A stretch of DNA of 64,000 nt from Ignavibacteriales bacterium (GCA_016709155.1 JADJEI010000013.1:904093-968092); one strand, 5' to 3'; positions 31,061-39,778 are shown, numbered from the stretch's first letter. The notes: generated by a model not told the origin, from the sequence alone. Program-made: numbers and translations.

Positions 31061-32024
31061 AAAAGCATTACTAAAAAAAATAAAATCATTTGAAGTTTAT
31101 GAACTTTTCAGAAAAGTAAGATTTTTATTTAATGTTAAGCCGGACTATAACAAAGTAAAGATATTCATTCTGCATTATTTTGGTGGTCTATATAAACGAA
31201 TTGACACCCACCATGTTTTTTTATTTGCGGGAGGATTGGCTTTTTCATTATTCGTTTGTATTGTTCCGTTTACTCTGATAATCTTTTGGATACTTGGAAA
31301 TTTTTTAGACTCTGCCGAAGTCGAACTGCAGCTTAACTCGTTAATTCACACAGTCATTCCCTACGAAACATATTCTAATTTTGTTCAGGATATTATTTTC
31401 AAAAGAATTTATGAAGTGATTGAATATAAAAATATTGCGGGCGTTGTCGGTTTTACCGGATTATTTTTTGCAGCAAGCGGGTTCTTTAGCAGTGTAAGAA
31501 CTATTCTTAATAAAGTTTATGGCACCGATGAAGACGTAAGTTTGGTCTTGGGTAAAATTAGAGATTTCGCTTTGATTATTCTGGCTTTGGTTGTGCTGCT
31601 TGTTTCTACTTTCATTATCCCCGCCCTGGATATACTCCGAAATCTTTCCCAAACAATTCCGCTTTTTCACTTTTTTCAATTAGGAATTTTTCAGAAAATA
31701 TTCACCACCCTTTTCTCACTAACGATTCTTTATTTTATTTTTTCAGTAATGTACTCGGTAGTTCCTACTGTAAAGATTAAGAAACGAGCAGTACTTGTTG
31801 GAGCAATGTGGGCAGCGCTTCTTTGGGAAACTGCTAAACAGGCATTCGGTTACTATTTATTTAATTTAGCTTCCTGGGGTAAAATCTATGGTACTTATAC
31901 CTTAGTAGTTGTTGTGGCTTTTTGGATTTACTACTCCTCAATAGTTTTTATTATTGGTGCAGAAATAGGTATGCTGTATCATGAGCGTTTAATTGGAAAA
32001 TTATCTTTGGATGAGAAATTGTAA
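31053..32024 (+). CDS. YihY/BrkB family membrane protein
   Basis: Six TM helices. GGLAFSLF ... [12 protein letters not shown] pattern. Confidence 0.8.
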   Translation: MNKKALLKKIKSFEVYELFRKVRFLFNVKPDYNKVKIFILHYFGGLYKRIDTHHVFLFAGGLAFSLFVCIVPFTLIIFWILGNFLDSAEVELQLNSLIHTVIPYETYSNFVQDIIFKRIYEVIEYKNIAGVVGFTGLFFAASGFFSSVRTILNKVYGTDEDVSLVLGKIRDFALIILALVVLLVSTFIIPALDILRNLSQTIPLFHFFQLGIFQKIFTTLFSLTILYFIFSVMYSVVPTVKIKKRAVLVGAMWAALLWETAKQAFGYYLFNLASWGKIYGTYTLVVVVAFWIYYSSIVFIIGAEIGMLYHERLIGKLSLDEKL

Positions 32025-32182
32025 TCAATTTTTATTAATCGGTAAAATTATCTCTTGCTTTTGTTTAATTCTCTTTCTAAATTTCCTACGCCAATACAGA
32101 AAGGAAAATTTTTTAGTTTGAAAAGGATGTACTGGGAGTCATTCTTAATGAATATAAATAATTCTAAAATAATGAGGTAAGT

Positions 32183-32659
32183 ATGAAAAATTATTTGAGG
32201 GTTACTATTGTTTTTTGTTCGATTGTTGTATCAATTTTTAGTCTTAGTTGTTACAAGGCGCCGGTAGAAATATCTTACAATATTGATGTTTGTGCCGAAT
32301 GCGGTATGCTTATTAGTGATCAGCATTTCGGTGCTGAAATAGTTTTACGCAACGGCAAATATCTAAAATTTGATACAATTGACTGTTTAATAAAAACTGT
32401 ACTTGATAAGGATGTTAAAGTTAAACAGATCAACTCAAGATGGGTTGTGGATTACTCCAGACCATCTAATTTTATTTACCTGCCAAATGCAATTTTTTAT
32501 AAGGGCGATAAAATAAAAAGCCCATCGGGTAATAACATTATTGCTGTTGAGGAGAAGGAAGTTGCTGAAAGAATCCAATCTAAACATGGCGGGAAGATAC
32601 TTTCTTTTAGAGATGTAATAGATTTTATTAAAAAAAATCAGTTAGCCGCCAGCCTTTAA
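32183..32659 (+). CDS. nosL: NosL-family copper-chaperone-like lipoprotein
   Basis: Lipobox LSC. CAECGMLISD metal-binding motif typical of NosL. Confidence 0.7.
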   Translation: MKNYLRVTIVFCSIVVSIFSLSCYKAPVEISYNIDVCAECGMLISDQHFGAEIVLRNGKYLKFDTIDCLIKTVLDKDVKVKQINSRWVVDYSRPSNFIYLPNAIFYKGDKIKSPSGNNIIAVEEKEVAERIQSKHGGKILSFRDVIDFIKKNQLAASL

Positions 32660-32707
32660 TTTCCATTATAGTTTTATTTGTTTATTGGGTTATTTAGTGC
32701 TAATTTT

Positions 32708-32729
32708 AATCAGATAATTTAATCTGATT
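32708..32729. promoter_or_regulatory. 8-6-8 perfect inverted repeat abutting the Rrf2 start codon (candidate operator)
   Basis: AATCAGAT aattta ATCTGATT, ending 3 nt before ATG 32733. Confidence 0.45.
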
Positions 32730-32732
32730 ATT

Positions 32733-33164
32733 ATGACAGTAATATTTTCTAAAAAATGTGAATATGGAATCCAGGCGATTCTCTACTTAGCAGCGCACAA
32801 TGGCAAAGGACTGATAGTCTCAGATGAGATTGCAAACAATCTTAATATCCCCAAAGAATTTGTTTCCAAAATTTTACAAAGCCTGACCGAAAGCGGTATT
32901 ATCAATTCCAAAAAAGGAAGGGTTGGCGGTTTTACGCTCGGGAAAAACCCTGACCAAATTACTCTCTTGGATATCGTTGAAGCTATTGACGGGCTTGAAG
33001 TATTTAATAGTTGTGTGCTTGGATTTCCTGAATGTTCTCCCGAAAAACCTTGTCCCCTCCATGATAAATGGGGTAAGCTTAGAACCCAAGCCTATAATAT
33101 GCTGGCGGATGAAACTATTGATGCCTTCAGGCAAAAGACTTTGGATAAAATTTCTAAAAAGTAA
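32733..33164 (+). CDS. Rrf2 family transcriptional regulator (NsrR/IscR-like, three C-terminal Cys)
   Basis: Winged-helix N-terminus (YGIQAILYLA...). Cys cluster CVLGFPECSPEKPCPLH. Confidence 0.85.
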   Translation: MTVIFSKKCEYGIQAILYLAAHNGKGLIVSDEIANNLNIPKEFVSKILQSLTESGIINSKKGRVGGFTLGKNPDQITLLDIVEAIDGLEVFNSCVLGFPECSPEKPCPLHDKWGKLRTQAYNMLADETIDAFRQKTLDKISKK

Positions 33165-33194
33165 TACGAAATAATATTTCCTCCATTAGAAAAG

Positions 33195-34331
33195 ATGGAT
33201 ATGACCGGCAAGAAAAAAATATTAAAAAATTCTGCAAATAAAATTCAGCACTACAGATTTTTTATCCAGTCAACATTCGCAATTCTATGTATATGGATAG
33301 GAATTGAGTTTTATCTTTTTGCAACTTATTTAGAAAGCGGGGGGCATGCTCAATTTTACCAGAGACCTGCCGGTGTTGATGGTTTTCTGCCGATTAGTTC
33401 GTTCATGAGTTTCTATATTTTCCTCACTACCGGTATCATCCATCAAGCTCACCCTGCCGGTTTATTTATTTTCCTCTCCATTATTTTAATGTCAATAATA
33501 TTCGGTAAGTCTTTTTGCAGTTGGATGTGTCCGATTGGTTTTATTTCAGAATTGATAGGAGATTTTGGTGAAAAGATATTCAAGCGAAAGCTACGGCTGC
33601 CAAAAATATTAGATTATCCTTTGAGGAGTGTCAAATATCTTTTGCTGGCTTTTTTATTTTATGCAGTTTTGTTTCTTATGACAGACCTTGCTGTAAATGC
33701 ATTCCTCGATAGCCCATACAATCTTGTCGCCGATTTAAAGATGTACTATTTCTTTGCTGATATTTCCCGCTTCACCATTATTGTTCTTTCGGTGCTTTTC
33801 ATCTTTTCAATTTTTATCAGAAATTTTTGGTGCAGATATTTATGTCCCTACGGTGCGCTGCTCGGAATATTTTCTCTTCTCAGTCCACACAAAATAAAAC
33901 GCGAGGCTAAAAGTTGTATTGATTGCGGCTTATGTTCTAAAGCTTGTCCTTCTATGATTAGAGTTGATAAAGTTAAAACTGTTTTTTCTGATGAATGCAC
34001 CACCTGCCTTAGCTGTGTTGATGCTTGTCCGGTTGCTGATACTCTCCAACTGAAAAATATTTTTTACAAAGAGAAAAAAATCAGCGGGAGGGCAGTTGCT
34101 ATCGGTGTTGTTTCAATTTTTCTTTTAGTTACAGGGGCAGGGATGATTTCCGGCAACTGGCAAAACTCAATTTCGAAAGATGAATATTTAATCCACTATA
34201 AGGAGATGAATAGTTACGGCCATCCGACAGGGACTAATGCAATTAAAAAATTTAATGAATCCCATCAGCAAAAAATTATCGGGAAGGATGATGATTCATC
34301 AAAAGTGGTTCTTCGTTCTGAAATAAAATAA
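33195..34331 (+). CDS. NapH/NosR-type membrane polyferredoxin (4Fe-4S binding)
   Basis: TM helices with CSWMCPIG and CRYLCPYG motifs, plus CIDCGLCSKACP and CTTCLSCVDACP clusters. Confidence 0.8.
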   Translation: MDMTGKKKILKNSANKIQHYRFFIQSTFAILCIWIGIEFYLFATYLESGGHAQFYQRPAGVDGFLPISSFMSFYIFLTTGIIHQAHPAGLFIFLSIILMSIIFGKSFCSWMCPIGFISELIGDFGEKIFKRKLRLPKILDYPLRSVKYLLLAFLFYAVLFLMTDLAVNAFLDSPYNLVADLKMYYFFADISRFTIIVLSVLFIFSIFIRNFWCRYLCPYGALLGIFSLLSPHKIKREAKSCIDCGLCSKACPSMIRVDKVKTVFSDECTTCLSCVDACPVADTLQLKNIFYKEKKISGRAVAIGVVSIFLLVTGAGMISGNWQNSISKDEYLIHYKEMNSYGHPTGTNAIKKFNESHQQKIIGKDDDSSKVVLRSEIK

Positions 34332-34424
34332 ATGGGGAGTTTTGGCTTACTGCTAAATAATTGTTGCATGTAAGTTGTGAGAATAATTCATTATTCAAAT
34401 TCTACATAAAAAGGAGAGGTAGAT

Positions 34425-35658
34425 ATGAAAAGTATAATATCAATTCTGTTTTTTCTTTCAATTTCAATTTCCAACTTTGCGGCTACTTGTATTGAATGCC
34501 ACAGGCAAATTACACCTAACATCGTAACTGACTGGCAGCTCAGCAAGCATTCTGCAAACGATGTTGATTGCTCGGTGTGTCATGGTGATCAACATACAAA
34601 TGCAAATGACTTTAAGAATGCACTTATCCCCACCCCTGAAACATGCAAGCTTTGCCACGAAACTCAGGTTGAGCAATTCAGTAAAGGTAAACATGCAATG
34701 GCTTGGGCTTCGCTTAAGGCTATGCCGACTTTCCACATGCAGCCAATGGCGATGACTGAAGGTATGAAGGGCTGCGGCGGTTGTCATAAGATCGGTTTAA
34801 AATCAGAAGAAGAAATCAAGCAGCTTAAAAGTGAAGGTTCCGGTTTTGGTCTTGCGTCCTGCGACGCCTGCCATACCCGTCACACATTTTCTGTTGTTGA
34901 GGCTAAACAGCCGCAGGCATGTCAAACCTGCCACATGGGTTTTGACCACCCCCAATGGGAAATGTATTCAAGTTCAAAACATGGTGTTCGTAGTTCGTTA
35001 AAGCAAATGGATCTTCTTCCTGAATCTTCTTCTGCACCCACCTGTCAAACTTGTCACATGCAAGAGGGCAATCACGAAGTCCGTACTGCCTGGGGATTTC
35101 TCGCTGTCCGTCTGCCAATGCCTGAAGATAAGCAATGGACTGAGGACCGCGTAACTATATTACAAGGGCTGGGGGTTCTCGATCCTCAAGGCAACCCCAC
35201 CGGAAGGCTTGATGTTGTTAAAGCTGCTGATGTTGCTCGCCTTACTCAGGAAGCCTGGCAAACCGAGCGCGATAAGATGATCAAAACTTGCGGTAACTGT
35301 CACTCCGAGAATTTTGCAAAGGGTGAACTTGAAAAAGGCGACAACATGATCAAAGAAGCTGATCACCTGATGGCGCAGGGTATAAAAATTATTGCCGGGC
35401 TTTATCAGGATGGTATTATTCCTAAGCCTGAAGCTTATGCTTATAATTTCCCCGACTTGCTCACTTTCCATGACGCACCGACGGTTATTGAGCAAAAACT
35501 TTTTTGTGATGTTCCTTGAGCACAGGATGAGAACTTTTCAGGGAACTTTTCACGCGAGCCCTGACTACGCTCTCTGGTACGGCTGGAGTGAAATGCAGCA
35601 GGATTTAACTGAGATTAAAGAAATGGCTATGCAGATGAGAAAAGATTTTAAGCAGTAA
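34425..35658 (+). CDS. periplasmic octahaem c-type cytochrome (HAO-like family, tentative); frameshift at T6 35501..35506
   Basis: Signal peptide and eight CxxCH motifs. Removing one T joins ...TVIEQKLF to VMFLEHRMRTFQGTFHASPDYALWYGWSEM... (ORF 35392..35658 frame). Confidence 0.75.
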
Positions 35659-35692
35659 AAGTTTTTAGCTCCCCCCTCATAGTTGATGAATA

Positions 35693-35731
35693 AAAAAAAC
35701 CTCCGGAGTTTTTAAGCTCCGGAGGTTTTTT
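35693..35731. terminator. bidirectional terminator between convergent genes
   Basis: AAAAAACCTCCGGAG tttttaag CTCCGGAGGTTTTTT. Confidence 0.8.
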
Positions 35732-35777
35732 AAATAATTATTATCAACAAACAATAAATGAACCCCATTAAATATTT

Positions 35778-36389
35778 TTACGGTACTGCGATAGTTGCTA
35801 CATCAGATTCTAATCCAACTTCTACATCACCGATAACATAGACGGCTTTATACTCACGCATCTCTGCACCTGCAGCGAGGTTTTCGCGTGTGTCTATGTA
35901 AGGACTTTCGGTGTCAAAAGCTAAAAGTGTCCATTCAGTTTCACCTGCACGGCGGGTGTATATCTTCACTCCATCAGCAATACTTTTTTGAAATGAAATT
36001 CTAACATGCTGATTTGGCATAAGGAACAACTTCAATATTGGTTTCATTGTGTCTTTATCAACAAATGAATCAACACCTTCAATGCCAAGATCCTGACCGA
36101 TTGCTATAGTGTAATTCGGGTTTGCCTTCATCTGCCTTCCTTGAGCTCTGATTAGGTCATTTGCAATTTTTCGTTTTGCTCTTGTATCGGCGTACAGACT
36201 TTCCATATTTGCTTCGGCAGCAACCTGGGTGGAGTATGCAGTGCGGCAGGCACCCACCTTTGTGTTGGCTTCAGTTACCTGAGCCGGTGTGATGGCAAGC
36301 GCAACATTGTGCAGCGGCAGCTTGGTCAAATAATTTTCGTGAAATGTGTCCTGTTCATCAACAGGGCGGGGGATGAAATCCTTTTTCAT
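35778..36389 (-). CDS. hypothetical protein, paralogue of 18227..18859
   Basis: Clean 203-aa ORF, higher G+C than background. Same N-terminal KDFIPR start and C-terminal RRAGE...MREYKAVYVIGDVEVG module. Confidence 0.7.
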   Translation of the reverse strand: MKKDFIPRPVDEQDTFHENYLTKLPLHNVALAITPAQVTEANTKVGACRTAYSTQVAAEANMESLYADTRAKRKIANDLIRAQGRQMKANPNYTIAIGQDLGIEGVDSFVDKDTMKPILKLFLMPNQHVRISFQKSIADGVKIYTRRAGETEWTLLAFDTESPYIDTRENLAAGAEMREYKAVYVIGDVEVGLESDVATIAVP

Positions 36390-36574
36390 AAAAGGTCCTT
36401 TCTGAAAAAATTTTAAATTTGTTATTTATTAAAAGGAACCCTGCTTAATCCACGTTTATTCTCTTTTAAGCTATAAGAGTTCCAACTCAAACACCGGTTT
36501 CGGAATACCCAACTATTGTGCCATATTGATATTTGTTCTTTATTCTAAAAAAATAAAGAAAAGCACTTGGATGT

Positions 36575-36935
36575 GAGTTGCCGACGGTTAAAAATTACAT
36601 GCTGAAGATAAAAATTACCTGCCCAACGGTGGAAAGGTTGGCGCCAACGCTATGACGGGGGGTGGCAACGCGCCCGGGTTTGTAAGCCCCGCTGTACGGT
36701 TGACGGCAACCGTGAGACGGCGCAGACCAACCGTCGCGCAGATGCCTTCCCCGTGTGACGGGTGCCCACCGACAAGACGGCGTTGCAGGCAACCGTGACA
36801 TGGGCGGCTTCCCCCGTGGGACGGTTGGTCCTCACTTTCCGACGGTTATCGCCAACCATCCAAAAGTTAGTGGCAACCGTAGCACGGTTGGTAAAAAGCT
36901 TCGATTTTAGAGTATTTTCAACGGTTATTGGACAT
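36575..36935. repeat. G+C-rich non-coding block packed with ACGGTTG/CAACCGT heptamers and short hairpins
   Basis: Seven exact heptamers (36696, 36707, 36728, 36790, 36821, 36874, 36884) and about as many one-mismatch variants. Palindrome GTTGGCGCCAAC at 36637..36648. ~65% G+C at 36661..36840. Confidence 0.8.
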
Positions 36936-36990
36936 TAATTGTTGCGTGGGTGAAGGGAAATTAGGAAGCATTAAAGAAGTTTAACGTTTC

Positions 36991-37101
36991 GGGGCTTAAA
37001 GAAGTGGCGGGTTAGAAGCACGAACTGTCAACCTACCACAACTGTTTATTAGAAGCACAAATGTTTGATTAACCACTTCACCCGCCATTTCTTTTAAGCC
37101 C
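36991..37101. other. long imperfect hairpin (~20-bp stem, 66-nt loop), possible structured RNA or recombination site
   Basis: GGGGCTTAAAGAAGTGGCGGGT (36991..37012) pairs with CACCCGCCATTTCTTTTAAGCCC (37079..37101), with one bulge and one G-U. Confidence 0.55.
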
Positions 37102-37270
37102 TTGTTATCGGTAGCTCTTCTGTCTGTCCGAAGATGTGTCGTGTCAAGTTTGCACACACTTTGTCCGAAGCGAATTACATTAGAAGCTATGTCCGTCCAA
37201 TTACGCACAGTGCGTTGACAAAATAAATTAAAACATTGAAGAGTGTATTTTTTTTGCGTTGATTTTTTCA

Positions 37271-37828
37271 TCAGTTGTATCTTTTGTTTACTGTTTCCAT
37301 ATAATCTACCACAACTGCATTCATTTTATTTCGATACCACCGAAAAAAGAAATTAGGAACTTTTGCAGCTTCTTGTCGGCTGATATAAATTTCGTCTTGT
37401 ACGTCACGAAGTTCGTCTGTGCCAATATATATTTTATTGAGAATTATTTCGTCCAAATATATTGAGATAGCTTTTCGTCTATCAATTGCAGATGAGTGTC
37501 CACGAATAAGAGTAATAAAGTGAGTGTAAAATGAGAGTATAGAAAAGTAAATTAAAAAAATAGTCATGCCATTTGAGTTGTAAGAAATAAGAAATATCCA
37601 AAGCACGATTGAATAGGAAATAAGAAATCCCGCCAACCATCTACAATAAATAATGCGTAACTCAATATCCCAACTTGTGTTTGAATGTTGCAAAACTGCT
37701 ACGGAAATATTATGAGGAATCGTTGTTGAAATGTTTGGTGAATACCAATCTATAATTTCATTGCCTTTGTATTCAAGAGAAAATTTTGAAACTTCGAATG
37801 GTCTGGCTTCTTTAAGGTTGACTTCCAT
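37271..37828 (-). CDS. 2-TM membrane protein with charged helical C-tail (candidate membrane effector, second half)
   Basis: TM helices LAGFLISYSIVLWIFLISY and MTIFLIYFSILSFYTHFITLI. Overlaps the upstream gene by 17 nt. Confidence 0.6.
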   Translation of the reverse strand: MEVNLKEARPFEVSKFSLEYKGNEIIDWYSPNISTTIPHNISVAVLQHSNTSWDIELRIIYCRWLAGFLISYSIVLWIFLISYNSNGMTIFLIYFSILSFYTHFITLIRGHSSAIDRRKAISIYLDEIILNKIYIGTDELRDVQDEIYISRQEAAKVPNFFFRWYRNKMNAVVVDYMETVNKRYN

Positions 37829-38135
37829 CGTAAATTAAAAGTGCAGTGTCAAACTCTTCCTTAAATATTGCTCCCTTAGAAGTATTTCCTTTGAAAGTAT
37901 CTGCGAATATTTGAACTAAAACAGTAAGCAAAAAAGAACAACCGAATAAAGCAAGTTTTATGCTTTCGTCTTTGATAAGAACATAGGCGATAGGGTAAGC
38001 AAAAGCAAGAAAGATTAAAAAGTAAGTAACTTTTATTTCACCATTCTTTGCTTTTGTATATGCAACTGTTGATGCTTTTAGCAGCTTAATAAATTCAGGT
38101 TCGTTTTGTTTTATCAGAATTTCATTCATTTTCAT
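37812..38135 (-). CDS. 2-TM membrane protein (candidate membrane effector, first half)
   Basis: TM helices VTYFLIFLAFAYPIAYVLI and LALFGCSFLLTVLVQIFA. The start overlaps the upstream ORF end by 14 nt. Confidence 0.6.
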   Translation of the reverse strand: MKMNEILIKQNEPEFIKLLKASTVAYTKAKNGEIKVTYFLIFLAFAYPIAYVLIKDESIKLALFGCSFLLTVLVQIFADTFKGNTSKGAIFKEEFDTALLIYDGSQP

Positions 38136-38738
38136 TGTTGTTTAATTTCCAATCAGGATAAATAGCTTCATTTACTATTTTCTCTGCGATTTCAAAAAGG
38201 TAATCGGGAATAGTGACTGAATTTTCCTTTTTTGTTTTTACAATTTCCTCTGCCGTTTTTTTTGCTAAAGATTTTAATGAGGGATGGCCCAGTGAAATTC
38301 TTATATGGTCGCCTTTGTGTGATTCTCCATACACTTGAAAAATCTTTTGCTCTATTTCGGTTTGCCAATTATTCATTATAGTTTTACAAATTGGCTTGAG
38401 AGTATCGGGATAAGCCTGATAAGCATTCAACAAATTGGTGATAGCCCTTCTTTCAATTGTTCTCCAATTGGCAAAGATGTATTCACTTTTGTCTTCCATA
38501 AATAATTTTGATGAAAAGGAATATCCATCAATCCATAATAGAAATCCCTGTTTAATTTAAGCTTTCTGTTTGACAAAAAATTGTTAATGATATTGCTTAT
38601 AATGATTGTTACAAAATCATGAGTTGTTTCAATAGAAGAATAATATCTTAATGCAGACAAAACCGAGAATAAATATTTTCCTGAATTCCAATCAGGGTCG
38701 CTCAACCTTTTTTGAGCGGCTTTTTTTTTCCGCCTCAT
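38122..38738 (-). CDS. C-terminal continuation of the repeat protein (two overlapping ORF fragments) or a separate 125-aa protein
   Basis: ORF 38427..38738 continues the repeat consensus (AAQKRLSDPDWNS) in another frame after T9 38721..38729. ORF 38122..38499 overlaps it by 73 nt in a third frame. Confidence 0.45.
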
Positions 38739-39773
38739 TTTCTTTTTGATTAAAAGCGGCTACGACAATATCATGTTGAAGCGAAGTGATGTTTTGGTCG
38801 CTCAATATTTTATGAGCGGCTTGTTGTTTTTCCGTCTCATTTCCTTTTTGATTAAAAGCGGCTACGACAATATGATGTATTAGCGAAGTAATGTTTGGGT
38901 CGCTCAATATTTTATGAGCGGCTTGTTGTTTTTCCGTCTCATTTTCTTTTTGATTAAAAGCGGCTACGACAATATCATGTTGAAGCGAAGTGATGTTTGG
39001 GTCGCTCAATATTTTATGAGCGGCTTGTTGTTTTTCCGTCTCATTTTCTTTTTGATTAAAAGCGGCTACGACAATATCATGTTGAAGTGAAGTGATGTTT
39101 GGGTCGCTCAATATTTTTTGAGCGGCTTGTAGTTTTTCCGTCTCATTTCCGTTTTGATTAAAAGCGGCTACGACAATAACAGTTTGAAGCGAAGTGATGT
39201 TTGGGTCGCTCAATATATTTTGAGCGGCTTGTTGTTTTTCCGTCTCATTTCCTTTTTGATTAAAGGCGGCATTTACAATTATCCCATTGATTGAATAGAT
39301 GTTTGGGTCGCTCAATATTTTTTGAGCGGCTTGTAGTTTTTCCGTCTCATTTCCTTGTTGATTAAAAGCGGCATTTACAATTATCCCATTGATTGAATAG
39401 ATGTTTGGGTCGCTCAATATTTTTGAGCAGCTAATTGTTTTTCCGTCTCATTTTCTTTTTGATTAAAAGCGGCTACGACAATATCATGTTGAAGCGAAGT
39501 GATGTTTTGGTCGCTCAATATTTTATGAGCGGCTTGTTGTTTTTCCTCTTTGCCCGCTTTTTTGAAATAGTTTAACCATGCTAAATTGGGATAAACTTTC
39601 TTGTCATAGAGCTTATCTAAATATCCTACTATTTGAACGGGAGTTAAATTGATATCCTCATCAGTTAAATGATTAAGATATGACGGATATAAGTTGCCTT
39701 TTTCAAATAATATATTTATCAACAATAGTTTCTCCTGACCATCAGCAAATATTTGATTCTGGTATTGCATCAT
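38692..39773 (-). CDS. tandem 34-aa repeat (TPR-length) protein; two ORFs joined across T5 39420..39424
   Basis: Repeats of SDPNITSLQHDIVVAAFNQKENETEKQQAAHKIL. ORFs 39414..39773 and 38692..39417 differ by a 1-nt deletion relative to sister units. Confidence 0.7.
38697..39560. repeat. 102-bp tandem repeat array (about 8 full units plus degenerate ends), coding
   Basis: GTCG landmarks at 38797, 38899, 39001, 39103, 39205, 39307 and 39409 (exact 102-bp spacing), then 39510 (101 bp). Confidence 0.9.
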
Positions 39774-39778
39774 AGCAG

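Noticed and set aside
18227-36389. Invertible 18-kb segment bounded by the inverted paralogues
   Set aside because: The paralogues are similar only at protein level, with no long identical DNA for homologous recombination. The enclosed genes are ordinary housekeeping genes.
36595-36859. Two overlapping minus-strand ORFs (68 and 69 aa) inside the G+C-rich block
   Set aside because: They overlap each other in different frames and are Arg/Pro/Gly/Ala-rich, as expected from stop-codon scarcity in 65% G+C DNA. They consist largely of the heptamer repeats. Not called as genes.
36390-37270. Retron msr/msd or DGR template region
   Set aside because: Long stems and repeats suggested it. However, no reverse transcriptase gene is present anywhere in the window, and the differences among the 34-aa repeats are not adenine-specific.
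36996-37271. 91-aa ORF downstream of the 2-TM gene
   Set aside because: It is Cys/Arg-rich with no recognisable family and is entirely occupied by conspicuous hairpins and repeated words. Left uncalled, though a coupled small protein cannot be excluded because its ATG overlaps the upstream TGA.
38697-39560. Possible CRISPR array, given regular repeats
   Set aside because: The units are contiguous 102-bp repeats with no unique spacers. They are in frame and encode a 34-aa protein repeat. No cas genes are in the window.
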